Shown in pieces: positions 32,501 to 44,071 of a stretch of 64,000 nucleotides of DNA; positions within the stretch are counted from its first letter, which is position 1, and each line of letters begins with the position of its first letter. Position numbers and translations under genes: made by a program. Under the pieces are notes generated by a model. The model was given only the letters and a program-made list of their open reading frames with translations, was not told the DNA's origin and made no database searches. The stretch comes from Dictyostelium discoideum (lineage: Eukaryota), in contig CM000154.2 in NCBI GenBank assembly GCA_000004695.1, forward strand, positions 704,001-768,000, in the 5' to 3' direction.

Positions 32501-35332
32501 TCTCCACAATCTATAACTGGCCAAAGTTCAACCAGTATTATTTCAGGAGTAATTTCAGGAGTTATCTCTGGAGGTAATAGTGTCGCAGGAGGATCAGGAT
32601 CAGTCGGAAATAGTGGTTCAATTACTGGTTTAACAACAAATGGTGGAATAAGCGGAGGTAATGCTATTGCAGGTGTAACAACTTCAAATTCAATCGCTCA
32701 AACTGGATCAATTACAGGCTTAATTGCCAATGGTATTGCAGGATCAGTCGGAGGTTTAACAACAGCAAACTCATTAACAGGAGTTGGTTCAATTGGTAAT
32801 ATCGCCAATGCAATTTCAACTGGTCTTGTCGGTCAAATCACAACATCAAAACCAACAATCTCATCAACAACAACAACATCCAGTCAAGCTACAAGTGGCT
32901 TTATTTCTGGAGCAGGTAGTATCGCTGGTGGATTATCAATTGGTAATAGTGGATCAGTAGCTGGAATAACAACTCAATCAGGAAGTTTAACTGGTGCAAA
33001 TACAGTAGCAGCAGTAACAACAGCCAACTCAATTGGATCCAAAACATCAATAACTGGTGTTTCATCAATTGGAGCAATTTCAGGTTCAATTGATGGATTA
33101 ACAACTGCAAACTCATTATCTGGTATATCATCAATCGCTGGTATAACTAATCAAGCATCATCGATCGCTAATGCAATTTCAGGTGGTAATATTGCAGGTG
33201 TAACTACATCTCAAAGTTCTACTGGTATTATTTCAGGAGTAATCGCAGGAGGATCTGGATCAATTACATCTCCGCAATCCATCACTGGTCAAAGTTCAAC
33301 CGGTATTATTTCAGGAGTTATCTCTGGAGGTAATAGTGTCGCAGGAGGATCAGGATCAGTCGGAAATAGTGGTTCAATTACTGGTTTAACAACAAATGGT
33401 GGAATAAGTGGAGGTAATGCTATCGCAGGCGTAACAACTTCAAATTCAATCGCTCAAACTGGATCAGTTACAGGATTAACTGCAAATGGTATTGCAGGAT
33501 CAGTCGGAGGTTTAACAACAGCAAACTCATTAACAGGAGTAGGTTCAATTGGTAATATCGCCAATGCAATTTCAACTGGTCTTGTCGGTCAAATCACAAC
33601 ATCAAAACCAACAGTTTCATCAACAACAACAACATCAAGTCAAGGTACAAGTGGTTTTATCTCTGGAGCAGGTAGTATCGCTGGTGGATTATCAATTGGT
33701 AATAGTGGATCAGTAGCCGGAATAACAACTCAATCAGGAAGTTTAACTGGTGCAAATACAGTAGCAGCAGTAACAACAGCCAACTCAATTGGATCCAAAA
33801 CATCAATAACTGGTGTTTCATCAATTGGAGCAATTTCAGGTTCAATTGATGGATTAACAACTGCAAACTCATTAACTGGTATATCATCAATCGCTGGTAT
33901 AACTAATCAAGCATCATCAATCGCCAATGCAATTTCAGGTGGTAATATTGCAGGTGTAACTACATCTCAAATTTCAACCGGTATTATTTCAGGAGTAATT
34001 GCAGGAGGATCTGGATCAATCACATCTCCACAATCTATAACTGGTCAAAGTTCAACCAGTATTATTTCAGGAGTAATTTCAGGAGTTATATCAGGAGGTA
34101 ATAGTGTCGCAGGAGGATCAGGATCAGTCGGAAATAGTGGTTCAATTACTGGTTTAACAACAAATGGTGGAATAAGCGGAGGTAATGCTATTGCAGGTGT
34201 AACAACTTCAAATTCAATCGCTCAAACTGGATCAGTTACAGGTTTAATTGCCAATGGTATCGCAGGATCAGTCGGAGGATTAACAACTGCAAACTCATTA
34301 ACAGGAGTAGGTTCAATTGGTAATATCGCCAATGCAATTTCAACTGGTCTTGTCGGTCAAATCACAACATCAAAACCAACAGTTTCATCAACTACAACAA
34401 CAACATCAAGTCAAGGTACAAGTGGTTTTATTTCTGGAGCAGGTAGTATCGCTGGTGGATTATCAATTGGTAATAGTGGATCAGTAGCTGGAATAACAAC
34501 TCAATCAGGAAGCTTAACTGGTGCTAATACAGTAGCAGCAGTAACAACAGCCAACTCAATTGGATCCAAAACATCAATAACTGGTGTTTCATCAATTGGA
34601 GCAATTTCAGGTTCAATTGATGGATTAACAACTGCAAACTCATTAACTGGTGTGTCATCAATCGCTGGTATAACTAATCAAGCATCATCAATCGCCAATG
34701 CAATTTCAGGTGGTAATATTGCAGGCATAACTACATCTCAAAGTTCAACTGGTTTGACATCATCAGTATCAATTGCATCCTCTGGCCAAAGTTCAATTGG
34801 TATTACTTCTGGAGTTATCTCAGGAGGCAACAGTGTTACAGGAGGATCAGGATCAGTCGGAAATAGTGGTTCAATTACTGGTTTAACAACAACAACTGGT
34901 GGAATAAGCGGAGGTAATGCTATCGCAGGTGTAACAACTTCAAATTCAATCGTTCAAACTGGATCAGTTACAGGCTTAACTGCCAATGGTATTGCAGGAT
35001 CAGTCGGAGGATTTACAACAGCAAACTCATTAACAGGAGCAGGTTCAATTAGTAATATTGCCAATGCAATTTCAACTGGTCTTGTCGGTCAAATCACAAC
35101 ATCGAAATCAACAACATCAGCTCAAGGTACAGGTGGACTCACTACTGGCAGTGGTTTGATAGGTTCTACAAATCCAACCAAAAAACCATCTTTTAGCTCC
35201 ATTGGCTTCATTTCTGGTAGTTTTAAAATGAATGATGATAAACCATTCATTTTTGAAAATGATAAAGTTGATAAAAAAGATATTGTTAAAGAAGTACCTC
35301 GAAATCAAAGCCCAGCTTTTAGTGAAAATTAA
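29543..35332 (+). CDS. Large secreted or cell-surface Ser/Thr/Gly-rich repeat protein (mucin or adhesin-like), 1929 aa, single exon
   Basis: The ORF starts with a signal peptide MKLFIYSILFLLIFKSFFVNS. A Cys-containing globular N-domain of about 260 aa follows. A Thr/Ser-rich linker follows, (GSQSTGxSTTxT)n then (TGSQTSTSGTYTT)x4. Five near-identical 256-aa units follow, each GSVGNSGSITGLTT..GGISGGNAIAGVTTSNSIAQTGSVTGL.ANGIAGSVGGLTTANSLTGVGSIGNIANAISTGLVGQITTSKPT.SSTTTT. The C-terminal tail is short and basic. There is no internal stop over 5.8 kb in 22%-GC DNA, and codon usage is non-homopolymeric. Confidence 0.8.
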   Translation: MKLFIYSILFLLIFKSFFVNSTTLKENEIGSIKKQKSPFEENNISQLDFTSVFSPGVYAIPWTDPNMPTVALEQASHSGYFIGNVILQGSQFNDPKLSGLLNGKDLYVLSHFSGAACCQNVTSEIKLLFTFPISNICLLIASVDESDFVTVRARKTQTDNIYGIGSSNAQMDMKKDWANYGQGTLSVSGVQPSNNSGIPPIVLTRDHSKAFITSMGNPTTINYQILAPFINVSSIHISYSTLSDSQYVFYALFQCPKPTSDIEPTCEPGCMTSGTTSTTTTSKTTTTATTKTSTTGSLTTGPSQSTGPSTTTTTGGSQSTGVSTTITSGSQSTGASTTATASGSQSTSASTTATASGSQSTGASTATTSGGSTGFISGASTTSMSTTTATGSIPTTGSQTSTSGSYTTTGSQTSTSGTYTTTGSQTSTSGTYTTTGSQTSTSGTYTTTTKPSTTTGGGSTGFLSGASTTLGGGSGSSTSSQSGQSSTGIISGVISGGNSVAGGSGSVGNSGSITGLTTTTGGISGGNFIAGVTTSNSIAQTGSVTGLIANGIAGSVGGLTTANSLTGVGSIGNIANAISTGLVGQITTSKPTISSTTTTISSQATSGFISGAGSIAGGLSIGNSGSVAGITTQSGSLTGANTVAAVTTANSIGSKTSITGVSSIGAISGSIDGLTTANSLTGVSSIAGITNQASSIANAISGGNIAGVTTSQISTGIISGVIAGGSGSITSPQSITGQSSTSITSGVISGVISGGNSVAGGSGSVGNSGSITGLTTNGGISGGNAIAGVTTSNSIAQTGSVTGLTANGIAGSVGGLTTANSLTGVGSIGNIANAISTGLVGQITTSKPTVSSTTTTSSQGTSGFISGAGSIAGGLSIGNSGSVAGITTQSGSLTGANTVAAVTTANSIGSKTSITGVSSIGAISGSIDGLTTANSLTGISSIAGITNQASSIANAISGGNIAGVTTSQSSTGIISGVIAGGSGSITSPQSITGQSSTSIISGVISGVISGGNSVAGGSGSVGNSGSITGLTTNGGISGGNAIAGVTTSNSIAQTGSITGLIANGIAGSVGGLTTANSLTGVGSIGNIANAISTGLVGQITTSKPTISSTTTTSSQATSGFISGAGSIAGGLSIGNSGSVAGITTQSGSLTGANTVAAVTTANSIGSKTSITGVSSIGAISGSIDGLTTANSLSGISSIAGITNQASSIANAISGGNIAGVTTSQSSTGIISGVIAGGSGSITSPQSITGQSSTGIISGVISGGNSVAGGSGSVGNSGSITGLTTNGGISGGNAIAGVTTSNSIAQTGSVTGLTANGIAGSVGGLTTANSLTGVGSIGNIANAISTGLVGQITTSKPTVSSTTTTSSQGTSGFISGAGSIAGGLSIGNSGSVAGITTQSGSLTGANTVAAVTTANSIGSKTSITGVSSIGAISGSIDGLTTANSLTGISSIAGITNQASSIANAISGGNIAGVTTSQISTGIISGVIAGGSGSITSPQSITGQSSTSIISGVISGVISGGNSVAGGSGSVGNSGSITGLTTNGGISGGNAIAGVTTSNSIAQTGSVTGLIANGIAGSVGGLTTANSLTGVGSIGNIANAISTGLVGQITTSKPTVSSTTTTTSSQGTSGFISGAGSIAGGLSIGNSGSVAGITTQSGSLTGANTVAAVTTANSIGSKTSITGVSSIGAISGSIDGLTTANSLTGVSSIAGITNQASSIANAISGGNIAGITTSQSSTGLTSSVSIASSGQSSIGITSGVISGGNSVTGGSGSVGNSGSITGLTTTTGGISGGNAIAGVTTSNSIVQTGSVTGLTANGIAGSVGGFTTANSLTGAGSISNIANAISTGLVGQITTSKSTTSAQGTGGLTTGSGLIGSTNPTKKPSFSSIGFISGSFKMNDDKPFIFENDKVDKKDIVKEVPRNQSPAFSEN
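30990..34880. repeat. Tandem array of five roughly 768-bp (256-codon) repeats inside the coding region of the gene at 29543..35332
   Basis: The periodicity shows in the antisense ORFs at 31365, 32133, 32901 and 33657 (spacing 768, 768, 756) and in the recurring protein blocks. The units differ by only a few substitutions (for example V/I, T/I, Q/A). Confidence 0.9.
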
Positions 35333-35514
35333 TATCTGTGACTTTATGTCCAAATTATGTCTAAACAAGAAAATAATGTTAATTTTATTTTTTATTAATG
35401 AAAATTAAAAAATAAAAAAAAAGATAAATAAAAATTAAAATACGAAATTAAACAAATAAATTTTTAATATAAATAAAAAAAGAAAGGTTTATTGAAATAA
35501 TTTTAAGAAAATGG

Positions 35515-38500
35515 TTAATTATTCATAGTTTTCATTGAAATATTATTATTTTTTTTAAATTTAGATTTAAAAGATAACATTTTAGTTCTAACACTTATGT
35601 TTTTTGTGTAAAGTACAGACATTAATACAGTTACAACGATAGCAGCACCAACAACTGAAACAACTACGGCAACTGGTAAAATCCATTTTCTTTTATCATT
35701 GAAGTTGTTGGAAGAGTTTTCAATTTTAATACCACATTCATCATATTCATCTTCATTGAAATTTGGATCTACCAAAACTGAGAAATCTGGATCTAATTCT
35801 ATATATTCTTTAAAAAAAGGTATATTAACTTTAACTTGAATTGTTGTACCAAACTCTAAACCTTCATTTGAAGTTGAAACAACTCTACCATCAGCGATTA
35901 GATAATTTGAGAATTTACCATACAATGATACTTGATTATTTGGTAATGTTACCCAATGCATATCTGTTGATTTCTTTGCGCCCCATGCAATTGATTGTTT
36001 AATTTCACATTCTGTTGATAATTTCGAATTTGGTGATGCTTGATAAATCAATTGTAAATTATTTAAATTTGAAACAAATGTATAATTTTCAATTCTTACT
36101 GAATATTTAATTGAGTGATCAGGTAAATTTAATAATTGACCTGCCCACTCTCTTGTTGTTGCAACGGTAATAGTTTCTAGTTCTACCAAAACCTTTGAGT
36201 ATTCAGTTAATGTAGTGTTATAGATAAGAATATTATTTTCATCGGAAAGTAAAGACCATGAATCTGTTGTAAATGTATAATTTTTAACCAATTTACCATT
36301 GAAATCGATTTCTTGAATGTATGGTATTAGAATTGAATAACCAGATGATTTGGTATAGTCATTTAAAGTTGAACTACTATTTGTTGAGAAGGAACCCAAG
36401 TCAATGGATGGCTGGTTTTTACTTGTATTCATTGTCATTGATAAACCAAGATCGGGTGAATATTGATTACAAGATACACCAGTGTAATCCTTATTACAAT
36501 TACAAGTCATATCATTAGAACAAACTCCTTTTCCACTACAATTATTAATACATTTAAATGTCATATCGATTGAACAATCCGAACCTCCCCATCCATTTTC
36601 GCAGGTACAGGTTGATAAAGCTACATTACAAACACCATTACCACTACAATCTGATTTCATACAAGTTTGAATGAAAACACTAATATTTTTAATTCCATTA
36701 AAACCATAATCAACAGAGATGCTAAATGGATTGGTTGCAGGTGCCTTTAATGTATAGAAACCCAATGTACCATTAATCATTGTTAAATTTGAAGTTGAAA
36801 CCAATAATGATTGATAATCTAAAATTTTTGAAGGTAATAAATCGAGGTTTGTACCAGTAACATACAAAACTGTATCATTCATCATCACTGAAATTTGCCA
36901 AATATTTGGATTATAAAAATCTTGATAAAAGAAAAAGATTGGACAATTTTGAATGACCCCACCATTTATAACTCCATTTGAATCTACCATATTCCAAACA
37001 GAACATTGACCAACCATTCTTAAACCCCAATATAATGGAATTTCCATATCACATGTATATAATGATGATAGATTTGAAATTTGTTTTAGTGAACACTGAA
37101 TTTTCTCGTTGGTTTGTTTTTCTGAAATATAGAAAATTGGATCTTGACCATAGGATGGTGTAAAAATTTCATTGTTTGAATATTTCAAATCAATTGATAT
37201 TTTTAATTTACGATTTGAGCTACTAACATCAATAAAATTTCTAGAAAATGTTGGTGTACCAATTAAAACTGGTTTAACAATTGGTGGTGGTATAATATTG
37301 ATATATTGTTGACTAGTTTGGAATGCTGTTGGACTTAATTCATAACAATTATCGAAAATATCACAAAATGATTCTATAAATGCATTTGGATTCAAATAAT
37401 TATATTTTGCATTTAAAGTTAACAATGTACCACTTAAATTAAAATAAGAAGTTGGATCATCTTTTAAATATACCAATGATTGAGTATAACTATTGAAAGT
37501 ATCTTTAATTGTTAAAGTTAAATTCTTAATATCGGGGAATTGAGAAGATTTAATATTGAATTTTGTTGGTTGACTATTATCAAAATCGCCCAATCTCAAA
37601 AATCTTAAAATTAACTCCGGTCCTTGATAATCTTTATTTCTAATTATAAATTGTGAGTCAACGACTGTTGTGGTTGTTTGAAACTTTTGGGTTAATTTAT
37701 TAATAAATTCTAATTCTTTAGTTGAAAGTGTAAAAGTTGATGTTGGATTTGATTTCTTTGAAACATTAATTGAAATAAATTTCTTTTTACTTAAAGTTGT
37801 TGAATCGATTGAAAAATTAAAATTTCCTTTAAATAATGCTGAATTTGTTTCAGGTAGATAGGTCATTGTTAATGGTATACTATTTTCAATTGGTCCTTTA
37901 TTTTCATAATCACCAAATATTTGAACCACAACATTATAATCTTGATCAAAAACATTTCCAAATAATGATGAGAATGTAACGTTTGTTGCTGAATTAAAAG
38001 TTACAAAGTTTGTAAATAAATGAGCAGTTGGAATACTTGTAGTACCAGTACATTGATCAATATTTTCAAAAAATAATTGACGTAGCTCGGTTGCAGAGAA
38101 ATCATTTTCAAATAATCTATTACCTTTAATATCTGAACAATCAATAACTGGTGAAACAATTGAACAAAAGTAACGATTAAATTTTAATTTAATGGAAAAT
38201 TCTAATGATTGTGAGATATAGGTATGATTAATTGATTTCAAATGAATTGAACTTGGTGATAATGTAAATGAATTTGTTGCAAAACTAAATTTACAAGTTG
38301 ATTGACCAACTCCAACTGTATCCCAAATTGAAATTAAAAATTCATCTTCTTGATTCGATTCTAATGCCCAATTAAATTTAACAGTTAAACTTGGATTTAT
38401 TAAATCTTTTTTTATAAATGGATTGCCCGTCAATGTAATGGATGGATTTGTTGTTGGACCAACTAAACTATAGATCATTGATGGTGTATCACTCGCGATT

Positions 38501-40321
38501 GGTATATATGGAGTCCATTGAAGATTATTACCAGAACCTATGAAACCATGTGGGAATGATGATGAAATATTTAAAAATTCTCTTGAGTTTGGTGATGGTT
38601 TTGAATTTGTTGTTAATTTTCCAACTGGTGTTAATGAAATGGTGACTTCTGAAATTTCATAAAAAGTTTGAGTCATTGAAAAACTACCTTTAACAAATGT
38701 AAAGTATTCATTACCTTTTCCAATTTCAATAGAATTTTTTACTGTTGATATTAAATCTGATTGTGGTGAAATGATATCAATTGTAACTGAACTATTTGAA
38801 TATAATAAAACTCTACCAACACTTTCATAATTACCGAAAATAGCAAAGGCAACTGTTGAACTTGTTATTAAATAATCTGGAAGTGATATAATTTTACAAT
38901 AATAATTTTTACTAAAAAGTTCTCTATCACTAAGGAAAATAACATCATTTAATTTATAATCAATACTATTTAAAATTTGAGTGGTATCAGTGAAATTTAA
39001 TTCAACTAAAATTTGGATTTGTTTATTTTCATATCTATATTTACCACCAAAATATTGTGGAATCTTATAGAATTGATTTGATAATAATGTGACTTTCTTT
39101 GTAAAAGTTGGTATTAATGGAGGAGGTTGAGTATAATGTAACTCTGTACTCCATTGCGATCCTATTGGCTTTGGAATATCTATTCTAATCTTTGTATCTG
39201 AAGGTGATAATGTTAATCTAGCAATAGATGTCCAATAATTTGAAGAGTTTGATTTAATTGATATTGGAACAATATTCCATCCATCAAGTTGCATTGATTC
39301 AATCTTTTCATTTGAAACAAATATACCATAACAAAATGACCAACCATTAACTAAAACAAGTTGAGAGCTAATTGATTTTGGTAAATGATTACTTGTAAAA
39401 GTTGTACTAACTTGTCTTTGTTGACCTGTCATTTCATCTATAATGATTTCAGTGGTTTCAGTCAATTGTGAATCATTAAATTTATTATAATAATAATAAT
39501 AATCCAATCCATTTAAACTTTTAATAAATTGTAAATTACTAAATGTTGAATCTGTACTACTGCTACCATCATTATAAATATCTTTAGAATAAAACATTCC
39601 ATATGAACCTGATTCAGCATTATTAACGGTAACAATTGATAAATGTTTATTATAATCCAAACCAAATCCTAAAATATTATTATTTGTTGCATTGGTTAAA
39701 ATAATTGAATTTTCTTTGATTACATTATATGATGGTGCATTGAATGAAAATGGTACTGTTTTAAATTCTGCAATGACTTGATTTCCTCTTTGTGGATCTA
39801 TATACTCTAAATGTAAATAATAATAATCATAAAATGATTTAGTAGTTTCATCCATAAATGATGATAAACTATATGGCATTATAAATGTGTAATTTGCAAT
39901 TTGTTTAGCTTTTAACCATGTTCTTTTATTTCTTGGTTGACTATCTATTGATAATTTTTGTTGTTGTTGTTGAAATTCATTAAAATCTACCAAAGTTGCA
40001 TCAGTTGTGGATGGTCCAATTGTTGGGACATCTTCATCTAAAATTAAATTATAAGTACCATTTGTTATTATTTGATCTAAACTATTATAAATAACTGCAT
40101 AACCACTTAAAATTGTTGGTGAATCAAAAATTGAACTTAATTTAAAATATAAACTTTGGTTGTCTGATCCTGGATAAAATGGTGTGATTGCAAATGGATA
40201 AATGATATTTGGCGTAGTTATAACAGATTCCACTATCATTTTTTTTTTTTTTTTTTTAAAAAAAATATTAATTTTATGTATAAGTTTTTATTATTATTTA
40301 TTTTTTTTTTTTTTTTTTAAT

Positions 40322-40355
<34 letters not shown>

Positions 40356-40435
40356 GAAAACCTACAATTTAACTGACTATATATTTGATTAATAAATAAA
40401 AAAAATAAAAAAAATAAAATATTAAAATATTTCAT
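35515..40435 (-). CDS. Type-I membrane protein with EGF-like Cys-rich modules, about 1595 aa with a proposed signal-peptide exon
   Basis: The main exon is 35515..40232 (ORF 35515..40239). It ends with EGF-like modules CMKSDCSGNGVCNVALSTCTCENGWGGSDCSIDMTFKCINNCSGKGVCSNDMTCNCNKDYTGVSCNQ. A roughly 300-aa juxtamembrane domain follows (REWAGQLLNLPDHSIKYSVRIENYTF...). A TM helix follows (KWILPVAVVVSVVGAAIVVTVLMSVLY). The cytoplasmic tail is short and basic. The protein is N-glycosylation-site-rich. The proposed exon 1 is 40366..40435 (MKYFNILFFLFFLFINQIYSQLN plus t). Its donor GTAGGT is at 40365. The intron is 133 nt. The acceptor AG is at 40234-40233. This splice gives an in-frame signal peptide. 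The exon-1 call is inference only. Confidence 0.6.
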
Positions 40436-40838
40436 TCCTTTATTTATTTAATATTATTTTTTATTAAAAAAAAAAAAAAAAAAAAAATTAAAGTTATTAT
40501 AAATACTATTAGCAAATCAAAAATATCAAAAAAAAAAAAAAAAAAGAAAAAAAAAAAGTTATCAATTTTTTTTTTTTTTTTTGACCAACACAAAAACTTT
40601 GAATTTTTTGATTTAAATTATTATCATTTATTTCTCATTAATTTTGTTATACCGAAATTAATTTGAATTTTTTTAAAAATAAAAATAAAGATATTTTTTT
40701 TTTTAAAAAATCAACTAAAAAAAAAAAATTTAATACCCTCACATTTTTGAAACAGTTATTTCGAAGTTTAAAACTAATTATTTTTATTTTATTTTTATTT
40801 TTATTTTTATTTTTATTTTTATTTTTTAAAAAAATTAT

Positions 40839-42280
40839 TTACATTTTTATACTATTATTTTTATTATTTCTTTTTAATTTATATTTAAAAGATAAGATTT
40901 TAGTTCTAACATTTGTATTTTTAGTATAAAATAAAGACATTAATAATGCGACAATGATAGCAGCACCAACAACTGAAACAACTACAGCAACTGGTATAAC
41001 CCATTTTCTATTATCATTATTTTTTTTAATTAAAATACCACATTCATCATATTGTTCATTATTCATATTTCCAGAATTTACCAAAACTGAAAAATCTGGA
41101 TCTAATTCTATATATTCTTTAAAAAAAGGTATATTAACTTTAACTTGAATTGTTGTACCAAATTCTAAACCTTCATTTGAAGTTGAAACAATTCTACCAT
41201 CAGCGATTAGATAATTTGAGAATTTACCATACAATGATACTTGATTATTTGGTAATGTTACCCAATGCATATCTGTTGATTTCTTTGCGCCCCATGCAAT
41301 TGATTGTTTAATTTCACATTCTGTTGATAATTTCGAATTTGGCGATGCTTGATAAATCAATTGTAAATTATTTAAATTTGAAACAAATGTATAATTTTCA
41401 ATTCTTACTGAATATTTAATTGAGTGATCAGGAAGTGTCATTAATTGACCTGCCCACTCTCTTGTTGTTGAGATTTTTATCAACTCAATTGATACAGTTA
41501 CATTTGAACCTGCTGATAATTGAGTTTGATAAATTGTAATACTGCCACCAGTTGTTGAATTTTTAGTACTTTCAACTAATTGCCAATCATTTGAATTGGA
41601 GAATGTATAATTTTTAACTAATTCACCATTGAAATCGATTTCTTGAATGTATGGTATTAGAATTGAATATTCCGATGACTTTGTATAATCGTTTAATTCC
41701 AATGAAGTGTTTTTTGAATTTGTTGAGAATGAACCCATTGTAATTGAAGGTTGAGTTAAACTTTTATTCATTGTCATTGATAACCCGATATCTGGTGAAT
41801 ATTGATTACAAGATACACCAGTGTAATCTTTATTACAATTACAAGTCATATCAATTGAACAAACTCCATTACCACTACAATTATTAACACATTGATATGT
41901 TAAATCTATTGAACAGTCTGAACCACCCCAACCTTGTTCACATTTACATTCAATTGTTTCAGGTAAACAAATTCCATTACCACTACAATTTGGTTTCATA
42001 CATGTTAAAATGAAAACATTTATAGTCTGATTAAAATATCCAACCAATTCAATGGAAAATGGTTGAGTAACATTGGATTTTAATAAAAAATATCCAAAAG
42101 TATTAATATCAGTATTATTTAAATCAACATATCCATCATTTGTATTAACTAATAATTCATTGGTAGTATCACTAAATTTAGTTAAATTTAAATTATAACC
42201 TTTTAAATATAATTTATTATCATTCATTTTAACTGATGCTTCATTAACATTTGGGATTCTAACTTTTTTTGTTGTAAAAA

Positions 42281-42312
<32 letters not shown>

Positions 42313-42432
42313 TTTTAATATTAAAGACAACAAAAAAACTATAATTATTAATTATTGACTTATTTATTTACCTGATCCATTTGTTAAGAAAAACAAAGAA
42401 AATAAAAATAAAAAAATAAAATACCTCTTCAT
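40839..42432 (-). CDS. Paralogous type-I membrane protein with EGF-like modules, about 494 aa, 2 exons
   Basis: Exon 1 is 42372..42432 (signal peptide MKRYFIFLFLFSLFFLTNGS plus g). The donor GTAAAT is at 42371. The intron is 109 nt. The acceptor AG is at 42264-42263. Exon 2 is 40839..42262. It has the same architecture as the upstream gene: EGF-like CMKPNCSGNGICLPETIECKCEQGWGGSDCSIDLTYQCVNNCSGNGVCSIDMTCNCNKDYTGVSCNQ, a juxtamembrane domain with REWAGQLMTLPDHSIKYSVRIENYTF..., and a TM helix KWVIPVAVVVSVVGAAIIVALLMSLFY. About 130 residues are identical to the 35515 gene. Confidence 0.7.
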
Positions 42433-42434
42433 TT

Positions 42435-42473
<39 letters not shown>

Positions 42474-42805
42474 GAATATGGGAAAATATTGAATGTGTAA
42501 AAAAAAAAGAGTTTAGAGAAAAGAAAAAAAAATTTTTTGTATTGCCATCCGATTAGAAAAAAAAAAAAAAATAAAAATTAAAATTTACACCAACGTTAAA
42601 ATCCTAAAAATATCTTTTTTTTTTTATTAATTTTATTTATTTTTTTTATTTTTTTATTTTTTAAAAATTCGCGTGCTTAAAAAAAAAAAAAAAAAAAAAA
42701 AAACCATCACTTCCAAATTTATTAATATTAACCCAAAATCAGTGTCGTAATTATATTTATTTTATTTTTAATTTTATTTTTTTATTATAATAAAATTAAA
42801 AGCAC

Positions 42806-42861
<56 letters not shown>

Positions 42862-42960
42862 AATATTTTTTCCTAAATTAATGATATGCTACAATTTTCT
42901 ATTTATTTGAATTTATTTATTATAATTTACAGAATTAATGGAGAATTATGGGTTAAATAA

Positions 42961-43812
42961 TTATGATTGTAATTGTGATTGTAATTGTGATTGTAATTGT
43001 GATTGTGATTGCGATTGTAATTGTGATTGTAATTGAGATTGTAATTTTTTTGATTTTTTTAAACTAATTATTTTATTAGCATTTATGATTAAACATTGTA
43101 AATTAAAATCAAAAGGTATCGATGGTACAGAGATATTATTTTCTAAACGATTAATTAAATCATTTGAGCCATTTTCACCAATTAATTCTATTAAATAATT
43201 TTTAAAAGTGGCTTTATCAATTAAACCATTACCAAATGCAATTGATAATAACATTAACACACCAAAACCTTCATTGTCTTTTTCAACTTTAAATTGTTTT
43301 GAAAATGTTATTTCTGGTGTATTACCTGAATTTCCTAAATTTATACTATCTTGACTATCATCATTTGTACTACCTGATATACTATCTTCCCAATATTCTT
43401 CCTCTATATTATTACTAGAATTAAAAATATTTCTTTTTTCACAAACTTGTTCACAATTTATGGAATCATTAACATCATTATTATCATCATTATCAATATT
43501 ATTATTATTATTATTACTATCATCATCATTTTTAATATTTTTATTATTATTATTAATAACATCTTTTGCTGGCTTAAAACTATTTTGAAAGAAACTTTTA
43601 TTTGCAAGAAAATTGGGAAATGGTGCTTTAGTTGTGAAATTTCTGGTATTTTTATTTGAAAAATTTAATCCAAATACATCTTTATTATTACTATAATTAT
43701 TCTTATTATTGTCATCATCTACATTTATGGCTCTTCCATAACTATTTTTTATTTTATTGCGACTATTAATATTGAAGGTAAAACTTTTCTTACCACCAAA
43801 TATTGTATGCAT
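42961..43812 (-). CDS. Hypothetical low-complexity (N/D-rich) protein, 283 aa, ending in a (QSQL)n repeat
   Basis: The ORF has ATG at 43812. The middle part has ordinary composition (FGVLMLLSIAFGNGLIDKATFKNYLIELIGENGSNDLINRLE). The 3' end is encoded by a 12-bp minisatellite (TGATTGTAATTG)n at 42961-43040. I recognise no homology. It may have further 5' exons (for example the ORF at 44354..44563). Confidence 0.4.
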   Translation of the reverse strand: MHTIFGGKKSFTFNINSRNKIKNSYGRAINVDDDNNKNNYSNNKDVFGLNFSNKNTRNFTTKAPFPNFLANKSFFQNSFKPAKDVINNNNKNIKNDDDSNNNNNNIDNDDNNDVNDSINCEQVCEKRNIFNSSNNIEEEYWEDSISGSTNDDSQDSINLGNSGNTPEITFSKQFKVEKDNEGFGVLMLLSIAFGNGLIDKATFKNYLIELIGENGSNDLINRLENNISVPSIPFDFNLQCLIINANKIISLKKSKKLQSQLQSQLQSQSQSQLQSQLQSQLQS

Positions 43813-44033
43813 TTCTTTATTCTTTGTCCACTTTTTTTTTTTTTTTTTAATAGATTAAAAGCATAAAAAAAAAAAAAAAAGGTTGAGTAATTAATATTTA
43901 TATAATAAATAAATTTAATAATTTCGCTCAAAAAAAAATAATAATAATTAAAAAAAAAAAATAATAATAATTAAAAAAAAAATAATAATAATTAAAAAAA
44001 AAAAAATTAAACAAGAAAAAAAAAAAAATTAAA

Positions 44034-44071
<38 letters not shown>

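Noticed and set aside
30289-33890. Antisense and out-of-frame ORFs inside the tandem-repeat gene (30289..30921, 30525..31091, 31365..31598, 32133..32366, 32901..33134, 33657..33890)
   Set aside because: They recur with the 768-bp period of the sense-strand repeats and are composition artefacts of the Ser/Thr/Gly codons. The sense ORF has the signal peptide and runs for 5.8 kb.
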